The notes beneath the pieces were generated by a model. That model had not been told where the DNA came from, did not search any database, and saw nothing but the letters and a program-made list of their open reading frames with translations. From the NCBI RefSeq assembly GCF_004010195.1, contig NC_057755.1:3743462-3807461 (forward strand): DNA of 64,000 nt, written 5' to 3'. The position numbers and the translations under genes were made by a program. Shown one piece after another: positions 11,418 through 24,135 of the stretch. The DNA is from Chiloscyllium plagiosum. Taxonomy: Eukaryota. Each line of letters opens with the position of its first letter. The stretch's first letter is position 1.

Positions 11418-13904
11418 CTGAGAGCCAACATTAGCTGGGACAAAAGGAGAAGGAGGATATAATAACATTCCTTTTTAAATGGACAAGGAATGAATCCATC
11501 TGAGAGGCAGAATGAAAGAGACTGGAGGGGAAAAGCCAGTGTAAAGTGCTATCAGCAAGAGCAACAGTTTGGAGAAAGCTGCACAGCAAAACATAACCGA
11601 AAGAGGAGCTAGATGTGCACAGAAATACATTCGTCTCAAATAACCCGTTCTCAGTGAGTGAAACAAGTACAAATATAAATGAATGAAGGAAAGTATCATC
11701 ATTCACTGCAGGTCAGAGTGGGAAATGCAACAACAGGCTCCAGATCTACTCTTCCTCAATGACTTCTCTGATTCACTCATCTGAACAAAAGTTAAAAAAA
11801 GAGAAGTTTCCTATAATGAAGATTAAATGACATACTGTAAAAAAATGTCTTTTGTTTCCAAATGTATTTCAGCAATACTTAACTTTGTCTGTTTCCATTC
11901 AGTTCCCCCTGCCCTGATGCTGACACCACTCTCTTTTTTTATTCGTTCCTTTCCATGAATCAGTTGCTGTGTTGATGGGAAATCCGGGGCCCAGTCAGAG
12001 GGCTCGATGGCAGGTGGGATGTGAGGCTCGGGAATAGGGTTGAATGTGACAGGTGAGCCTTAGTGCTTCCATAAAAAAAGTTATGTCTCTTAATGCCTCA
12101 GGAAGAACCCTATTTCCATTGTAGCTTCATACAAAGGGTGTGATAAATTCAAAAAGATATTTATACCATCATGAAGAATTGTTTCCTGCTGAAAAACAGC
12201 TCTGCAATCCCTGTCTCAGCTCATAGTTGGTGAAATATTGTTATCACTGCATCCTTTATATTCCATTGCCAATTTCAGCTGGATACCAAATTATAAACTC
12301 CATGTCTTTATTTTGTCCAAATTTCTTCTATCCTCCTAGTTTGCATATTCCAACAGATCCCAATGTTCCCTGGTCATCTGCTGACTGCAAGATCCAACAC
12401 TGACACATTGTCCTCCAAATTCCTGATTGTCATTTTTCACTTCTGGATTCAAAATCTTCCAGGTTCATCCAGTGATTTCTTCACTATTTTGGACTGGTGT
12501 TAATCTTGTTTTATAAACTCTCTACGAAAGTATTCGATATTCTCCTGTGCTGTCAATGTTACCATCTTGTTCGTTGGTGAAATTAGTTGCACGTCGCTTT
12601 GCGGTAAGTCAAATAAAATGGCAGATAAGAATGCCAAAAACAAGAGTAAGTCTGATGATTAAGAACATTTGGGACCCAGAAACACATTACCCTGAAACTG
12701 AACAGGGACGGAGAGAATATGAATGCAGCCTTCCCTAGAAGCCACAATCCCCCTGACATTCCCAAGCCATTCTAATCCAATTTGTCACCTCCCCAACAAC
12801 ACTCACATACTTATTTGTGAGGAAATTAATTCCAGTCTTGCCAACATGTAAACTGTCCACCTTGTTGAGGTCCAGACTGCTTCAGGGCCGGCCCCAATGC
12901 CTCAAGAACATGCTGCCTGCCCTTCTGAACCACCCATGTTGTCAATCATTCAATTATTCCACTTCTATTCCACAGCTATGCCCGCTGTATCTGTGTGATG
13001 ATTAACTGCCGAACCGTCTCTTTGTTCATATAACACACTGTGGTGCTCTTACACCTCTTATTGTGACTGAACGGTGGTCAGCAGAGGATGAAGAAAGTAT
13101 TGACTTTGTTGCTTGTGTCGCTAATGGTGGCGGGGTCCATCACTGCCGATGGAGTCGGGAGACCCTGGCTATCGGTGGGAGGTAGGCGTGTCTTTCAACG
13201 GGAAACTCTAGCACGGAGAACCCTGGAGGATCCTCAAGGCGGCCAGGCAGTGTTCGAGGTCCGAGGGCAATACTGTCCACATTTCCAGTTCAATTTCTGA
13301 AGGAATTCGGAAGAAGTCAGAGCGGACTGGAAACATGAACTCTGTTTCTCTCCCTGTCTCTGCACAAATGCTACCAGACCCGTTGAGTGGATCCATCAGT
13401 TTCTGGTTCAGATTTCCGATGCCAAAGTATTTAGCCGTTCAACTGTTGAGATATGAAAGGGGTGGGTGGAGGTGAAGACGGTTGGCGTGGGAAAACCCGA
13501 CGAGGCCATTCAGCTTTCTCACCTGGTGCTGCTGTCACACACGTGTCTGTCTGCAACAGCTAAGCTTCATTGGGTGACATTTGTAATCCCCCCAGTCTGT
13601 CGGTACCACTGTAACCTTTCACTGTCTAAAAGCTTTTCTGGAGATTTGTGGCTCTCAGGATTTGGATTCCTGCACATGATGTGAACCATCGTGAGTCAGA
13701 ATGCTTTCAGCAGATGAATTCCATCCTAAATTCTTCCAATCCTCGCTCCCTCTGTCCTTCTAACCAAAGCTTTTGTGCAATGCTCTGCTCACAGCTCCAA
13801 TATCTGATGGTGTGTCTCATTGACAACCCCATCTTCTTTTCTGTAGGTACTATGTCAGATATCCCAGGCATTTATTTTTTCCACATTCTGTCCATACGAC
13901 AGTA

Positions 13905-14390
13905 ACAGATACAGGCAGAAGTAGGACATTGAGCCCATTGAGTCTGATGTGCCACTTAGTGAGATCGTGGCTGGTATGATCATCATTATCTCCCACCTTT
14001 CTTTCCCCCTATTCGTTACTCTCCGTAATAATCAAAAACCTATTTGAATGAACCAGCCCTCACATGACTCTGGTTAAGAGCACCACAGAACAACTACTCG
14101 CTGAGAGAATAAATTCCTCTGCATTTCTCTCTTAAATCAGCTGCCCCTTATCCAAACAAGGATGCCCTCTGGTCCTAAGTTCTCCCACAAGGAGGAACAA
14201 TGTTACCGTATCCACCCTGTCACATCACGGAATAATCTTCCATGTCCGAGTCAGGCGTTATCTCATTCTTCTAAACTCCAGTGATTACAGATTCAACCCT
14301 ACTTATTCCGTTTTTATAAGGCAGTCCTTCCCTACTGTGATCAGCCCTGCTGTATCTTCTGCGCACTGCCTCCAATGCCGGTATCCCCAC
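13905..14390 (-). mobile_element. CR1-type LINE 3' fragment
   Basis: Minus frame ALEAVRRRYSR...GLPY; CR1 3' UTR at the left end. Confidence 0.75.
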
Positions 14391-15024
14391 TTCATTTCTC
14401 TTGTACAGAATGTTGGAATCTGCAAAACGGGGAGGGACGCAGAGTGTTGGGGGAAAGTTGAAAAAGACCATTCCAGTCTTGCCGCTCCGTGTGGCTTAGT
14501 TCACTCAGACTGCTTGGCCCGAAGGTGATTTTCTGCTTCGTCAATAAGGGAGGCATTCAAAAGGAACATTAGACTGTTAGCAAGATAAACGCTGTTTGCT
14601 AGGAGGGGAGGGTAAGGCAGAGGTTTGGCTGGACGGAATCGAACTAGAAGGCATGTACAATGGATGTGTTGGCCTCCCTTGTGCCACAACATTCTCTCAT
14701 TCTGTGCTCTCTCTCCCTTTTGCCTGGAGTAGGTATAGCCTTCAACTGGGGCAAAGACAGTGGGAGATGCAACTGAGCGCATATACAGAGAATGAGGTCG
14801 AAACAAATGGGAAATGTCTCTTTTTCTTCAAGTGTTGCAAGGCCACGTGAGATCCACCTGGGGAAGCGTGACCAGTGCAAAGCTCTGCGTGATGCCAAAT
14901 GCAGTCTCTCTCGATTGTGTCTCTGTCAATTAGCGGCTAGCCCATTGCTTCCTGTGTTGTTTTGAATAAAACTCACTGCATTCACTACCACTTCTGTTTT
15001 GTGCTCATTTTTCATGGAGAGGGA

Positions 15025-15270
15025 CATAGAGTCACACAATAATGGAAGATGCCCTTTGGCTCATCATATCCTTATTCTGAGAGGAAGTGCATCTAGTCCT
15101 AGACTCTCCCTCAAGCAGAATTCCCTGTCAAGTCCCCTAAGAATCTTCTATGTTTCAATAAGGTGCCATCTAATTCTTCTGAACACCAGTGAGTACAGGC
15201 CCAACCCTCCTCACCCTCTCCTCATAAGACAGTTTCTCTATTCCTGGGATCAGTCTGGCAACCATCATAA
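15025..15270 (-). mobile_element. CR1-type LINE 3' fragment
   Basis: RLIPGIEKLSYEERVRRVG in minus frame. Confidence 0.75.
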
Positions 15271-16670
15271 TGTCAGAGCAGGGGTGTTTGGTGTAACCAT
15301 CACTGAATCTCTCACTCTTAACATCCTTGGGCTCACTAATGACTGGAAACTCAACTGACATCACCAATAACAACAATGGTTACAAGAGCAGGTCAGAGGC
15401 TCGGAAAATTGCGGCATGCAGCTCATCTCCTAACTCGCCAAAGTCTGTCTCCAATAAACAAAGCACAAGCCAGGAGTGTGATGCAATGCTTCCCACTGGT
15501 GTTGCTGACTGCACCTCCAACAATACTCGAGAAACTTAACACGATTTAGGAAAAGCATTCCGCTTGACATTCACAAATATCCACTCTCTCCACCAGCGAT
15601 GCTCAGTGATAACAATGTGTATTGTCCAAAGGATAAACTAGAAATTCATCAAAGAGACTGAGGTAGCATCTTCCAACAAACTTACCAGATTGAATACAAT
15701 GTGGGAAAGTATGAAGTCTTGTACTTTGGTAGGAAGAATCGAGGCAGGGAATATATTCTGAATGGAGAGAAAATTCAGAACTCTGAAGTGCAAAGGGACT
15801 TGGGAGTCCTAGTCCAGGATCCTCTTAAGGTTGACTTGCAGGTTAAGTCAGTAGTTAGGAAAGCAAATGCAATTTGACATTTATTTCGAGAATACTAGAA
15901 TATAAACGCAGGGATGTACTCTAAGGGTTTCTAAGATTTTTTTCCAACCACATTTAGATTGTTGTGAGAAATCTCAGGCCCCATACCTTACGAAGGATAT
16001 ACCGACCTTGGTGCGGGTCCAGAGGAGGTTCACGAGAATGATCTCAGTAATGAAAGGCTGCATCTATGAGGAACATTTGAGAGCTCTGGCTCGATAAAGT
16101 TTAGAAGGATCAGCGGAGATCTCATTGAAACACGTAGAATACTAAAAAGATTGGATCCAGTGGATATTCGGAAGAATTTGCCTTGAGCAGGATGGATGAA
16201 GACCCGAGAGCATAGCTTTAGAGTAAAGAGAAGACCCTTTGGAACGGGGAGAGTGGAAACTTCTTCAGCCAGAGAATGGAGAAACTACGGAATTCATTAC
16301 CACAAGAGGTTGTGGAGGTTAGATCATTGAGTGTATAGACAACAGAGGTAGATAGGTTCTTGGTTGTTAAGGGGATCAAAGATAATGGGGAGAAGGCAGG
16401 AGAATGGGGTTGAGAAACTTATCAACCATGACGAAATGGTGGAGCAGACCTGATGAGCCGAATGGACTAATTTCTGTTCCTGTGTCTTATGGTTTCATCT
16501 AGAAGGACAAGGGCAAGAGATGCATGGGAACACACACCGTCTGCACATTGCCCAGCAAGACGTTCACCATCCTGTCTTGGACTGCAACAGTTAAAGAGCT
16601 TACCTCCCACCTTCCCAAGGGCAACTAGGGACAGGTAATAAATGTTGGGCTGCACCCATGAGCGAATTGA
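15270..16670 (+). mobile_element. Second CR1-clade LINE fragment split by a nested CR1 (about 15685-16495)
   Basis: Outer element stops near cttacca (15687) and resumes at catctagaaggacaagggca (16496); inner segment has CR1 motifs (QRDLGVLV, RVQRRFTRMI) and its own 3' UTR. Confidence 0.75.
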
Positions 16671-17300
16671 AAATCAAACATCCCTCCCCGTCCGCGCATT
16701 CTAGATATCTCCTCTCTCCACTGCACCCCACCCTCTGGGTGAAAGAACATTTTCTCAAATCCCTACTAAACCTTCTACTAATCAATTTAAATTGCTCCCC
16801 CCCACCCCCCAAGTTACTAATCCTTCGACTAAGGGCAGCAGATTCTTGCTATCCACCCTGTCTATGTACCTCATGGTCTTAACAAGTTCCCCTTCAACCT
16901 GCTCCACTCCAAAGAAAACAACCCAAGTTCATCCAGCCTCTATTCATCCAGCCTGGGTCCTGGTGAATCTTCTCTGCACTCGCTGCAGTACAATCACAGC
17001 CTTCCTATAATGCGGTGACCAGAACTGCACACAGTACTTCAGCTGTGGCCGAACTAAATTCAGATTCAGCTCCAATATGACATCGCAGATCTTATAATCC
17101 ATGCCTTGACTGATGAAGGAAGTGTTCGATTTGCCTTCGTACCTCCCCATCGGCCTATCCTGACGCCTTCATGGATGTTCAAACACCCTAAGATACCTCT
17201 TACTCTCTAGTCCCTAGCAATTCGTTGAAATCTCCCTTGTCTCGTTACTTATTCCAAAGTTTATGATCTCAGGTTTATCAAGATTAAATTCGATCCATCA
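16670..17300 (-). mobile_element. CR1-type LINE fragment
   Basis: LVRPQLKYCVQFWSPHYRK..LQRVQRRFTR in minus frame. Confidence 0.8.
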
Positions 17301-17709
17301 CTACTTCTCCTTTGTATTGTTGGTTTCCCTTATTTTGAGAGAGAGGAAGAGAGACAGAGAGAGAGAGAGAGAGAGGGAAGATCAGAAAATGGCAGGGCCA
17401 CAGTTGATTTGTCAAGTATCCAAGGCTGTTATTCTGGCAGGGTTATGGCTTGCAGACTTCATGGCACAGGTTGGAATGTCACCTTTCCTGTGGATAATTT
17501 CACTGTAGCCCTGCCATTAGGTGTGTGCACCCTGAGTGCTGCTTAGCCTGGAAAGTCACCGATATTGATCCCAATCTCGGCCTCATAGCTTTGACTCAAA
17601 ATCAGCAGAGATTCAAGTCGACATTGCAACATCCCCATCAGATGATATTGCCCTCAGTGTGAAGAGGCATACTGTAACACACAATTTCGAATGACCCAGC
17701 ATGTAGTAC

Positions 17710-19260
17710 GAAATCATAGAGATCTCCAGCACAGAAAAAGGCCCTTTGCCTCATTGGATCTGCACCGGTTGAAAACAAGTGCAGAAGTAATGTTCTTATT
17801 CAATCATGGGATATGGGCATCATTGGCTGGACCAGCATTTATTGCCTTCTGGAACTGACCAGAGACAGTTAGAGTAAAAGAACATTGACATGGGTCTGTA
17901 CATGGATTTCAGAAGCAGTGAACCATTTCCCCAAACAATCATCAACAGTTTATGGGAGCCATTAGACTCTCCAGTCCATTATTTTTCAAAGCCACCACTT
18001 GCTGAGGCTGGATTTGAACCAAAGTCCCCAGCACCCTCCCCTGGTCTCAAGGTTAACAATCCTGCAATGATACCACGAGGCCTTCACTTCCCCAGCAATT
18101 AAATCCTCTTCTAATCTGATTTTCCAGCATTTGGCCCAAGGTCCTGCATGCCTACGTAGAACTGCACAGCAAAGGAACAGATCCTTTGTCCCACCATATC
18201 TGTGCCAACTATGATGCCATTCTACTCGAATCCCCTGCCCATTTACATTTCTGTCTAAATGCTGCTTTAACTTTGCGATCGTATCTCGTTCAAAAACCTC
18301 CTCACACATTGTGTTCCAGGTGCTAACCACCTTCTTCGTAAACGAGCTGTTCTCACACACCTCCTTTAAATCTTTCACCTCTCACCTTAAAATTATACTC
18401 CCTTTTGTTTAATAACTCCATCATGGGATGAAGACTCTATCTGTCCACCACCTCCACACCTCTCATAATTTTATACATTTCTGTCAAGTCGTCCTCAGCC
18501 TTCAATGCTGCAGTGAAAACAATCCGAGCTTGACTAACATCTCCTTACATCTAATCCAATCCAATCCAGGCAACATCCCGGTATACCAATATTGCACCCT
18601 ATCTGTAGCGACTACAAGCTTCCCTTAGTGTGGCGACCATTACTGCACAAAGTGCTCTGAAAGTGGTCTCAGTAAAATCTGATACAGCCACAACATGCTT
18701 GGTTGACCTCATGCCCCAACCATCAAAGCTGAAGGCCTTCTTTAAGACCTTATCCACTCATGTTGACACTTGCAGGGAGATATTTACTTGCCTCCCAACA
18801 TCCCTCTGTCTACTTTCCTCCAAATCCTTCTTCAATGTGGTGAAGGTTTCTGCCACAACATCCTTACAGGCAGTGAGTTACAGATTTCCACTTGGTTCTC
18901 TTTAAGAAAAACCGACATGCTCTCTAAATCTTCCTCCTCTTGCTGTAAATCCATGCCTCCGGTCATTGACGCTGCAATCAACGGAGATAGTTTTTCATTT
19001 CCTGTCTACATTGTTTGTGCCTATCATCATTGATACTTTCTATCATGGCCGCTATCAATCTCCTCTGTTCTGTGGAGAACAAATCCATAAGTGAATCGCT
19101 TCAGCTCGGGCAATATGCTGGGCAAACACCTCTGACCCCACCCCGTGTACTATCACATCCCTCTGATGTTATGGATTCCAGAAGTGCACACGATACTCTC
19201 ACTGTAGCCGGAGCAACATTTTATGCAGTTCCAGCAGAATAGTTCTCAGTGTCACCACGT
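17710..19260 (-). mobile_element. Cluster of decayed CR1 3' fragments with a nested SacSINE1-like SINE (about 17797-18073)
   Basis: FTKKVVSTWNTM.EEV...TIAKLKQHLD motif; SINE body matches 9275-9642. Confidence 0.65.
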
Positions 19261-19439
19261 CCGATTCAATTCATTGGTGAAGCCCAAAAGGACTGTCTGA
19301 CACTGGGTCAGAACCCTGAGCAGCTGAGCAGGAGGCTTGCAGAATATCGCTCTTCCCACTTGGAATCGTGGTTCTGGTACAGTCTGTCAATCGCTGAGGG
19401 GATAGACCACACACAGGACTTCACCTATAGATCCCGAGG

Positions 19440-19900
19440 TCACTAAACCCATCTTGTTTATGTGGAACTTCTAGAGGCAGACCCCAGATTTGAAGGGACA
19501 GTCTTGTGAGGAGCGGTTGAATAGGTTCGCTTGGTACTCATTGAAGATTGGAAGAATGACAAGCAACTTCAATGAAACATGAAAGTTTTTTTTATTGGAG
19601 GACTTGACACGCTGAATGCAGATAGGTTGTTTCCTCTTGTGGGATAGCTTAGGACGAGAGGACATCACCTCAGAATAAGGGGTCACCCAATTAAGGCAGA
19701 GTTGAGGAGGAACTTCTTCTGTCAGAGGGAGTATGTCTGTGGAATTCTTTACTACAGAGGGGTTTCGCCCCTTAAACACTTTCAAGGCTGTGAAAGAGAG
19801 TTTTTGAATCAGGAAGGGAATCGAGGGTTCTGGGGAAAAGGCAGGAAACTGGATTTGAAGATGATCAAATCAGCTATGATCTCATTGAGTGATGGAGTTG
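19440..19900 (+). mobile_element. CR1-type LINE 3' fragment
   Basis: gaggaggaacttcttctgtcagagg (RRNFF.QR), tcagctatgatctcattgagtgatggag 3' UTR. Confidence 0.75.
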
Positions 19901-20299
19901 TCAGGATGGGAACTCCGTCTACAGTGAGAATCTCAGCTTTGAGTTAGGGAGAACAAAACATCACACAACACTCTTGGGGGTGACCTCACAAACTCCCTGC
20001 ATAACTTCAGTGCGACATCCTGACCTCTGAAGTCCAACCCTCTTGCAACGAAGGCCAACATTTCGTTGGCCTTCCTAAAGGCTGGGTGCAGTTCGAGCAG
20101 GGAGCAAACTGTTGCTTCACAATGTGGGCAAGCTTCCAAGCAGCTTCAAAAGATGGTCAGACAGGGTGGCGGCTGGGTCTGCTTCAGAGGTAAATATTAA
20201 CGTTCCTGAGAAATGTGTAACCATTGGGAGATAACTGGTGGTGATTTAACCGACGTGTCACCACGCCTCAGGTTAGAGGAGAACATGAGAAAGTGGGAC

Positions 20300-21550
20300 C
20301 TGCATGATATTAATAACCTGTAGCAAAGAAGTGAACGTTCAGTGACTAAAATTGCAGACGACCTGACAAGAGGCAGAAAGGTAGGCTGCAGGAGATATGC
20401 AAACAATTCAGAGAGTTTAATCTGTGAGCAAAATGTTTACAAATTGTGGAGAAGTTGGGAAGACATAAGGTTGCTCATCTTGGAAGGGAGAAAGAAAGAG
20501 TAGAATATTGTACAAAAGGAGAAAGCTGCAACATAAAGACACTTGGGAGGGTGGATGTTGGGGAGGTTGCTTGTGCATGAAATGCAGAAAGCTACCATAC
20601 AGGGGCAGTAGGTAATCCGGAGGGTTAATGGAATATTGACCTTTATTTCACAATGGCTGGAGTATAATAGTAGGGAATTCTCAGTGTAACTGCACCTCTT
20701 GCAGGTGATATCACACCTGCAGAAGATTAGATTGGTAACATGCCCTTCGGCCCAACCAGTCCAAACCTACCCTCTGAAGAGTAACCCACGCAAACCCATT
20801 TCACTCTGACTAATGCACCTAGCACTATGGGCAACTTAGCATGGTCACTTCACCTGAGCTGGACATCTTTGGACTGTGGGAGGAAACCAGAGCACACAAA
20901 GAAAACCCACGCAGACGTAGGGAGAATGTGCAAACTCCACACAGACAGTCTCCCGAGGCTGGAATCAAACCTGGAACTGTGGCAGCAGTGCTAACCACTG
21001 AACCAGCGTGCCACTCAAGTGATACAAGCAGCTTTTTTCTCCTGATTTCAGGAAACACGTCATTATTGAAAGCATATCACAAAAGGTACACTAGAAAGAT
21101 TCTTGGCATGGAGGGATTGTCTTATGAACAAAGGCAAAAGCGGCAGAAACTCTATTCACTGGAGTTTAAAAGAATGAGAGATGATCTCACATGATACATA
21201 CAAGATTCTTAATGGTAAATGCTAAGAGGATATTTGCCCATATGGGGAGTCAAGGACCAGAGTGTCAAAATAAAGGATCTCCAATTTCAGTCTGAGATGA
21301 GGAGAAATTTGTTTTCTAGCAGGATTATGAACATTTGGATTTCCTTACTGCAGATAGGTATGAGGGTTAGAATCCTCGTGGATATTTAAGACGTAGATAG
21401 CGATATGCTTGATTAGTTGGGAATGAAGATTTAAAAATAAAATGCAGGAAAGCGAATCTAAGGACTTTTGGAACAGCCATGATCCTGCTGATTAACCGAT
21501 AAAGCTTGAAGGACCAAATGGCCTACTTCTTATCCTATCTCTTGTGATTT
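20300..21550 (+). mobile_element. CR1-type LINE fragment interrupted by an HE1 SINE
   Basis: GMEGLSYEQR..LYSLEFKRMRDDL; 3' UTR gaaggaccaaatggcctact. Confidence 0.75.
20724..21013 (-). mobile_element. HE1-type SINE
   Basis: Reverse complement of the 2999-3288 element (agaatgtgcaaactccacacagacagtc). Confidence 0.88.
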
Positions 21551-22604
21551 CATCGTGGCTGGTACAAGTATTGTTAGCATACCTTCATTCTAAGTATCAC
21601 TCTGCTCTAAAATATAGTCACCCAGCCAGGAGAGCTACCCAAACCTTACATTGATGCAATAACAATGATATGAAGATGGCAAGCTGAAGGATTGTTTATG
21701 AATGGTGATACATAAGAATAAAGCAAGGTAAACCCAGGGAAAACTAGTTGACGAACAGAAAATGAGAGTGTGAGTGAAATACTCAAGAGGGAAAAGTAGA
21801 GTGTGAGAGAGATCGGAGAGAACAAAATGACCAGGTAGAAGCAGCGAAATAGAGATAAGCAGACAGACAGGGAATAAAGGGAGAGACAGAGGGAAAAGCA
21901 GAGTGTAATGTTGAGAATGGGACAGATTAGGAAAGGAACAGAAATAAAGGAAATAACCGAAAGCACATTTCAGAATCGCAGGATGTCTCAGAGTGTTGGC
22001 CAGGCAACTAATGAGTGTGATCACTGTTTCAAAGAGTCCAGCTCCTCAAGTTCGCAACAAAATGTCAACTCGTTCACTCGAGGGTTAGTTATTAATGCCA
22101 AAGCACTGGGGGTAAATCCCGAGGTCTGCTTCCAAGAAACGTTTGAGATTGGGGGAGGTTCAGTAAGCGGTAGGGAACTGGGAGAAGGCTGGGTTGGAGA
22201 ATGAGGAAAATTGCTTTCAAAGTTGGTTCACTATAACCTACCATGTGAAGGCGGGGCTGGAAGCTTACTCAGTTGTGCCATACAGCGATAGAAGTAGCTA
22301 TGTAATCGGAAAGGGTAGTCACAGCAGAACAATAAGGGAAGGGAAGCAATGTTGTAAGTATAATCTCCCAGCCCCTTTTAAAGATCCAAACGCATCACTC
22401 TGTGAAGGGTTACAATGGGTTCAAACACAGACTGCTACAAGTTTTCTCACGGCAATGATGGCCTCAACATACAGCAGCCATGCTTAATGCTGAAGAAAAC
22501 ATTGCTGCAGTTTTAAATCTGATTTTATGCTTCCTAGTGTGATGTAGAGATGTGGGAGATGTTTGCTGTGTGAGTCTGTATGTGTTATTGTGCAAGTATG
22601 ATAG

Positions 22605-22970
22605 GGAGAGCTGCCGGGGCTGAGGGAGTTTGCATAGATGGAGAGGGGTGTTGGGGCTGGAGGGGGTTACAGAGATTGGGAGGACTGTAGGGATTGCAGA
22701 AGGTGACAGAGATAAGGAAGACAGTATGGTCAGGAAGTCGTTACAGAGATAAGGAGGGATGTAAGGGCTGGAGGGGGTTACAGAAAAGGAAGTTGTTGAG
22801 GCTGAAGGAGGTTACAGAGAAAGGGAGGGGTGTAGGGCTGGAGAGGATTGCAGAGACAGGGAGGGAGGTCAGGGCTGGAGGAGGTTACAGAGATAGAGAG
22901 AGTGTAAGGGCCACAGGAGGATACAAAGATAGGGAGCTTTAGGGGCTGGAGGACGCTGTACAGATAGATA
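22605..22970. repeat. G-rich minisatellite, about 35-37 bp unit (ggggctggagggggttacagagataggga...)
   Basis: About 10 degenerate copies containing ttacagaga; a related array lies at 52690-52990. Confidence 0.85.
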
Positions 22971-23859
22971 GGTCGACCAGTATCTTCCTGAAAATTCCTT
23001 GTGACAGATCTGGAAAACGTGCTTTCCTTTCACACAGCAATGTCGGCATTACTCCATCAGATAATTTTGTATGTAGCCAGTTTTCACATCCAATTACATT
23101 TCCCTAACTCTGACGTCATCCCAATCGTTCTGCATTTCAGTGTTCTTTTATTTCTCCCGTTCTTTTCTGAGATTACATTGTCACAATTTCCAAAATAAAG
23201 GCACAGTTCTGGCAACAGGAAACGACAGCAAAGTGGATATTTGGCTGACATCTGGGATCTGTGATGCTGTGGACCCCTCGAGAGGAGGTCAAGATGGGTC
23301 ATCCATTCAACATTTCTGGCTGAAGATTGCTGCGAATGCTTCAGCGTTATCTTTTGTACTAAACTTCTGGGCTCTACGATCATTAAGGATGGGCATATTT
23401 GTGAAGCCGCATCCTCCAGTGAGTTATTAAATTGTGCATCACGAATCCTGACTGGCTGCGGCAGGGTTACAGAGCTTAGATCTGATCTGTTGGTTGTGGA
23501 ATCTCTTAGCTTAGTTCCCGCCATAGACGTGCTATTGTTCCTTTTATAGGAATAAAGTCAAATACTTAAATTCCAGAAATAGGTTTTAATAAGTGGATTA
23601 AATGGGGCTCGCGCATAATTCAGTGCTGTACAAATAAAATAACAAGATTTCGAATATTTAATGCAGCTTACTTTGCATCCTATTTTGTAAAACCATATTC
23701 CATGATACATGCACAACTTTTATAGATTAATTTACAGAACGTAATAATTGGATTACGATTTTTGTTTAAAGAAATACTGACAGCTACATTGTATTTCAAA
23801 TACACGGAGTGCAAAATGAAGCATCACGTACAGATTGAAAGTGCTTGGAGATTTCATTT

Positions 23860-24135
23860 TCACCCCCTGCTGTCCCTGTCCAAGAAGTGTTTGATGGGCC
23901 AGTGGTAGAGAACATTTTATTTTCAGATCAAACGAGTCAAAATAATTTTCCTCTGTTTTTTAACCTCTTGCTGTCCCTGTCCCGGGATGTTTGACGGGGA
24001 CAAGTCTGAAGGGACTTTACTTTAAATTTAGTTTGATTTCAAACAATTAGATGAAATAATAGTCTGTATTTTAACCCTTTGTTGTCCCTGTGCTAGTAGT
24101 GTTCGACAGCCATGGAAGTGAGTGAACGTCATTTT
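23860..24135. repeat. Three degenerate tandem copies of the tgctgtccctgtcc..gtgtttga..ggg repeat
   Basis: Motif recurs near 23868, 23969 and 24080 (about 100-110 bp spacing). Confidence 0.75.

Noticed and set aside
20700..20721. Hairpin tgcaggtg-atatca-cacctgca beside an HE1 insertion
   Set aside because: Only an 8-bp stem within decayed CR1 sequence; expected by chance.
21635..22024. Hydrophobic multi-TM-looking minus ORFs
   Set aside because: Artefact of a purine-rich low-complexity tract.
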